This document shows, one piece after another, positions 59,892 through 64,000 of a DNA stretch of 64,000 nucleotides. The notes beneath the pieces were generated by a model. That model worked only from the letters and a program-made list of their open reading frames with translations. It was not told the origin of the DNA and made no database searches. Origin of the DNA: Schizochytrium sp. TIO01 (Eukaryota; Protista; Bigyra: Labyrinthulomycetes); NCBI GenBank assembly GCA_004764695.1, contig SMSO01000031.1, forward strand, positions 1,960,436 through 2,024,435, in the 5' to 3' direction. Made by a program: the position numbers and the translations under genes. The number at the start of each line of letters is the position of its first letter. The stretch's first letter is position 1.

Positions 59892-62800
59892 ATGATTTTT
59901 CGGGTGCTCGAAAACGATGAATCAAAACGCCAATCGATCAACGAACTTGATCGATCAAAGCCGTTTCTAGTGGAGCTCTTCGTCGGTAGCGAGCTTGGAA
60001 AATCCGAGCTTGGCGAAAGCGTCGCCGTCTGCAAGAGAAGCAGCCCAGGGCATAAGAAGCGGGCCGGCCCACGGTCGCTGCCCGTTCGCACGATCGCGAA
60101 GGTGACGGAACCTGGACGCGGCTCCCGCGAGGAGCCCGAGGACGACCGCGCTTCAAAGCGCCGCAAGGTCGACGCCGAAGTAGAAGCTACCTCTGCAGAC
60201 TCTACCGAGGCTGCTGTTGAGACGAGTGCTGAACCTACATCCACCGAAAAGGCTGAAAAGGATATCGTTGAAAGCGACCAAGCTGCTGACAACAAAATGG
60301 GCGAGAACGAGAACAACGAAATCGATGAGAGCCTTTACTCGAGACAACTCTACGTGATGGGCCACGAGGCCCAGAGGCGTATGGGATCTTCCTCTGTCCT
60401 TGTGGTTGGCATGAATGGTCTCGGAATTGAGATTGCCAAGAATGTGGTCCTTGCCGGTGTCAAGAAACTCGTGGTCCATGACGACAGGCCTGCGAAGATC
60501 GCTGACCTTGGCAGCCAGTTCTACCTTACTCCTGAAGATGTTGGCAAGCCTCGTAGCGAACCGAGCGCTCAGCGTCTTGCAGAGCTCAACGAGTACGTTC
60601 GAGTTGAGGCACACTCTGGGGAAATCAAGGACAATGACTTTATTAAGCAGTTTACCGTGGTGGTTGTCGCTGATGCTCTCCTTGACGAAAAGCTCGCCAT
60701 TAATGAGCTTTGCCGTGAGAACAAGGTTGCCTTCATTTCGTGTTCTATCAACGGTCTCTTTGCCAACGCCTTTTGCGACTTTGGTGAGAAGTTCACTGTC
60801 TCAGACACCAACGGAGAGCAGCCCACGAGCTGCATGATCTCTACCATCATTCAGGGAAATCCCGCTGTTATCACTGTTCACGAGGAGGCTCGCCACGGTC
60901 TCGAAGATGGAACACTTGTGCGATTCTCTGAAATCAAGGGCATGGAAGAGCTCAACGACCATGAGCCTGTCGCCATCACCTCCAAGGGCCCATACACCTT
61001 TGAGATCCCAGTTGACACCACCAACCTCACCCCGTACGAGAATGGAGGATATGTCCATGAGGTGAAACAGCCGAAGGATATTTGCTTCAAACCCATGCGT
61101 GAGTCCCTCTCCAAGCCTGGTGAATTCTTGCTCACTGACTTTGCCAAACTTGGTCGTAGTGAGCTCCTCCACTTTGCCTTCCAGGGTCTCGATAAGTTTT
61201 GCGTCGCGCATAACGGAGCTTACCCTGAGCCCGGCAACGTGGAGCAGTCCCAGGAGGTTGTGGATAATGTACGCAGTATCATTGCAGAAGCTGCCGAGAA
61301 GGGTGCAAACGACATTGATGTCCTCACGCTCGAGGAGGAAGACTTTGATGAGGCAGCTCAAGGTATTGTTGCAGCTCTTGCGTCTGGAGCTTGTGCCGAA
61401 CTCTCGCCAATGGCAGCCTTCTTGGGCGGTGTCGTGGGCCAAGAAGTCCTCAAGGCATGCTCTGGAAAGTTCATGCCGCTTAACCAGTGGCTCTACTTTG
61501 ATGCCGTGGAGTGCCTCCCCGAACCGGATGCTGCTCCGGCACCTGAGGAACTCCAGCCCACTAACAGCCGATATGATGGTGAGATTGCTGTCTTTGGACG
61601 TGCATTTGTAGACAAGCTCCACAAGATGCGCATGTTCCTGGTTGGCGCAGGTGCAATTGGATGTGAGATGCTCAAGAACTGGGCACTCATGGGTGTTGCC
61701 ACTGATTCTGCTAACGGTGGTGTCATCAGCATCACTGATATGGACAAGATCGAACGCTCAAACTTGAACAGGCAGTTCCTCTTCCGTACCAAGGATGTGG
61801 GGTCGAGCAAGTCCACAGCAGCTGCTGGCGCAGCAAAACTCATTAACGACGAGATCAACGTCAAGGCTTACGAGGAGCGCGTTGGTACAGAAACTGAAAA
61901 CGTTTTCGGTGACGACTTTTTCGCAAGCCTTGATGCTGTTTGCACTGCTCTCGACAATGTTGATGCCCGCCTCTATGTCGATCAGCGTTGCTTGAACTAC
62001 TGCAAGCCCATGCTCGAGTCTGGCACCCTTGGTACCAAGGGTAACACTCAGGTTGTTGTGCCTCACCTTACAGAAAACTATGGTGCGACCCGCGACCCTC
62101 CTGAAAAGTCCGTGCCGGTCTGTACTCTCAAGAACTTCCCGTACAAGATCGACCACACTATTCAGTACGCCCGTGACTGGTTTGAGGGTGCCTTTGCGCA
62201 AACCCCGCGTAACGCTAACCAGTACATTGTTGACCCGGAATACTTGAGCCGTCTGGATAGCCAGGAGAACACCAAGGTTCAGATGCTGGAGGGCTTGAAG
62301 TCTTCCCTTCTGACGAGCAAGCCGTCCAAGTTTGAGGATTGTATTACCTGGGCCCGCGAGCAGTTTGAAGAAAACTACTCTAACCAGATCAAGCAACTTC
62401 TTCACTCCTTTCCCCCGGGTATGATTACCTCCACTGGCACGCCATTTTGGTCCGGAACCAAGCGCGAGCCCCAACCTCTCGAGTTTAGCATGGATGACCC
62501 CACCCACATGGCCTTCATCATCTCTGCAGCGAACCTTCGCGCTGAAGTTTACGGTATTCCGGAGTGCAAGGATGAGAATGTCTTTCGTGCACACTTGCCG
62601 ACCGTGCTTGTACCCCCGTTCCGCCCCAAGAGTATGAAGATTGCCTCTAACGACCAGGAGCTCAAGGAGCAGGAGGAGTCTAACAAAGACATGATGGATG
62701 TTGAGGTTGTCGCTGAGAGTATTGTCGCTACTCTTCCCGCGCCGGGTGAACTCAAGGAAGTCAAGCTCAAGGAAATCGAGTTTGACAAGGATAACGAGAG

Positions 62801-63407
62801 CAACTGGCACATGGATTTCATCACAGCCGCCTCGAACCTCCGCGCCCGTAACTACTCTATCGCTGAAGCAGGCAAGTACGAGACTAAGAAGATTGCAGGA
62901 TCTATCATCCCCGCCATTGCTACAACCACAGCGCTTGTCACTGGTCTTGTATGCATTGAGCTGTACAAGGTCGTGGGAGGAAAGAACAAGGTCGAGAGTT
63001 ACAAGAACGGTTTCACAAATTTGGCGTTGCCCTTCTTTGCATTTTCAGAGCCTATTGAGGTCAAAAAAACTATCGCAGGCTCTCTGCACTGGTCAATTTG
63101 GGACAAGATTGAGATTGACGGCTCTGAGAAGCCTCTCACTCTGGCCGACTTTTTGCGCTTCTTTCAGGAGAAATACAACGTGGAAGTCAACATGGTTTCT
63201 TATGCCGTCTCAATCTTGCACTCCTTTTTCTCCAACGCTGAGAAGCGTGCTGAGCGCATGAAGATGACCATGCCGGAGTTGGCTGAATCTGTAACGAAGA
63301 AGTCCATCGACCCCAACCAAAAGTATCTTCAGTTTGAGATTATTTGTGTCGATGAAAATGACAATGACGTTGATTTCCCTCCCGTTTCTTACAAACTTCG
63401 CAAGTAA
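59892..63407 (+). CDS. UBA1: Ubiquitin-activating enzyme E1 (true start uncertain: 59892, ~60102 or 60297)
   Basis: IDESLYSRQLYV, GAGAIGCE, DMDKIERSNLNRQFLFR, ALDNVDAR, catalytic PVCTLKNFP, EFDKD, IIPAIATTT and a C-terminal UFD. Confidence 0.98.
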   Translation: MIFRVLENDESKRQSINELDRSKPFLVELFVGSELGKSELGESVAVCKRSSPGHKKRAGPRSLPVRTIAKVTEPGRGSREEPEDDRASKRRKVDAEVEATSADSTEAAVETSAEPTSTEKAEKDIVESDQAADNKMGENENNEIDESLYSRQLYVMGHEAQRRMGSSSVLVVGMNGLGIEIAKNVVLAGVKKLVVHDDRPAKIADLGSQFYLTPEDVGKPRSEPSAQRLAELNEYVRVEAHSGEIKDNDFIKQFTVVVVADALLDEKLAINELCRENKVAFISCSINGLFANAFCDFGEKFTVSDTNGEQPTSCMISTIIQGNPAVITVHEEARHGLEDGTLVRFSEIKGMEELNDHEPVAITSKGPYTFEIPVDTTNLTPYENGGYVHEVKQPKDICFKPMRESLSKPGEFLLTDFAKLGRSELLHFAFQGLDKFCVAHNGAYPEPGNVEQSQEVVDNVRSIIAEAAEKGANDIDVLTLEEEDFDEAAQGIVAALASGACAELSPMAAFLGGVVGQEVLKACSGKFMPLNQWLYFDAVECLPEPDAAPAPEELQPTNSRYDGEIAVFGRAFVDKLHKMRMFLVGAGAIGCEMLKNWALMGVATDSANGGVISITDMDKIERSNLNRQFLFRTKDVGSSKSTAAAGAAKLINDEINVKAYEERVGTETENVFGDDFFASLDAVCTALDNVDARLYVDQRCLNYCKPMLESGTLGTKGNTQVVVPHLTENYGATRDPPEKSVPVCTLKNFPYKIDHTIQYARDWFEGAFAQTPRNANQYIVDPEYLSRLDSQENTKVQMLEGLKSSLLTSKPSKFEDCITWAREQFEENYSNQIKQLLHSFPPGMITSTGTPFWSGTKREPQPLEFSMDDPTHMAFIISAANLRAEVYGIPECKDENVFRAHLPTVLVPPFRPKSMKIASNDQELKEQEESNKDMMDVEVVAESIVATLPAPGELKEVKLKEIEFDKDNESNWHMDFITAASNLRARNYSIAEAGKYETKKIAGSIIPAIATTTALVTGLVCIELYKVVGGKNKVESYKNGFTNLALPFFAFSEPIEVKKTIAGSLHWSIWDKIEIDGSEKPLTLADFLRFFQEKYNVEVNMVSYAVSILHSFFSNAEKRAERMKMTMPELAESVTKKSIDPNQKYLQFEIICVDENDNDVDFPPVSYKLRK

Positions 63408-64000
63408 ATCTAACTAAACAGCATCTTGATCCCAATTTTATACAACTTTCTTTGCTTACTTTATTTCATTCTTATTTCTTGCTACGTGGTCCGTGTCCTT
63501 TAATTTAGTCATCGACATCTTGAAGAATATATATAAAATTGGGTCTCCTTAATTCGCTTGGTCAAGAAGGTAGGTACCTACCTACCTAATGAGTGATTAT
63601 TTTAGCTTTTTGCTTGAGTTTTTCTACAATTTATAAGATTTTAAGAAGTTTCCTCTAGCAACAGAGAGTGCCAAAAACGATGTGCATCCTGTCTTTCTAC
63701 TGGTCTTTTTACCGAATTTCCCCTTATCTAGAGGGTAATCGCGATCATGCTAAGTGGTGATGGCACTAAGTAAGTGACACCGTGTTCGCGCTAAAACTTG
63801 CCCATGTACGAACTCAAGAAGAATGAGTTGCTGAATTAGGTTGGTACAGAGAACCCGCCTCACGTCTTCGGCCCCAGTTTTTAATTTTTTCAAAGCGCAA
63901 GGCACTAGTTTATTCACCATTCTGTTTCATTCTAATGATGCAAAAGTCTTACTAGTTTGCCTTTCTTCTCGCGGCGCCTCTTCTGGTTCACCTGAGTCGA

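Noticed and set aside
60153-62810. Long antisense ORFs (153-350 aa) inside UBA1, and similar ones inside the ATPase, PP2C and cNMP genes
   Set aside because: Expected shadows of strong codon bias; no recognisable motifs.

Overview
Eukaryotic nuclear DNA, not prokaryotic. Genes are mostly single-exon with A-rich Kozak-like starts, two GT-AG introns with CTAAC branch points can be reconstructed, and the intergenic DNA is AT-rich and full of microsatellites. The style suggests a thraustochytrid/labyrinthulomycete stramenopile (inference only). Two gene-dense blocks flank a ~24.7 kb gene desert (27.6-52.2 kb). The left block (1-27.6 kb) holds a truncated Q-rich gene, a Sororin-like protein, a protein with a bacterial-toxin-like GRALxKH domain, a cNMP-domain/mitochondrial-carrier-like fusion, a Cu P1B-ATPase with a metallothionein-like tail, PP2C, EAPP, an acidic protein, a spliced SAYSD1 and a Q/H-rich Myb-like protein. 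The right block (52.2-63.4 kb) holds proteasome beta1, a PUB/zf-CW/DUF4332-like protein, a spliced EEF1AKMT4-like methyltransferase, an LRR protein and UBA1. The desert contains very long microsatellites, diverged short repeats and a decayed CRE-like non-LTR retrotransposon; a second relic lies near 6.1-6.8 kb. The best novelty candidates are the cNMP-carrier fusion, the toxin-like nuclease domain, the PUB-CW-HhH protein and other p97/ubiquitin-linked genes, the ATPase-metallothionein fusion, the Sororin-like gene, and possible alternative (perhaps non-AUG) initiation of UBA1. All family calls are by-eye motif recognition; no searches were run.
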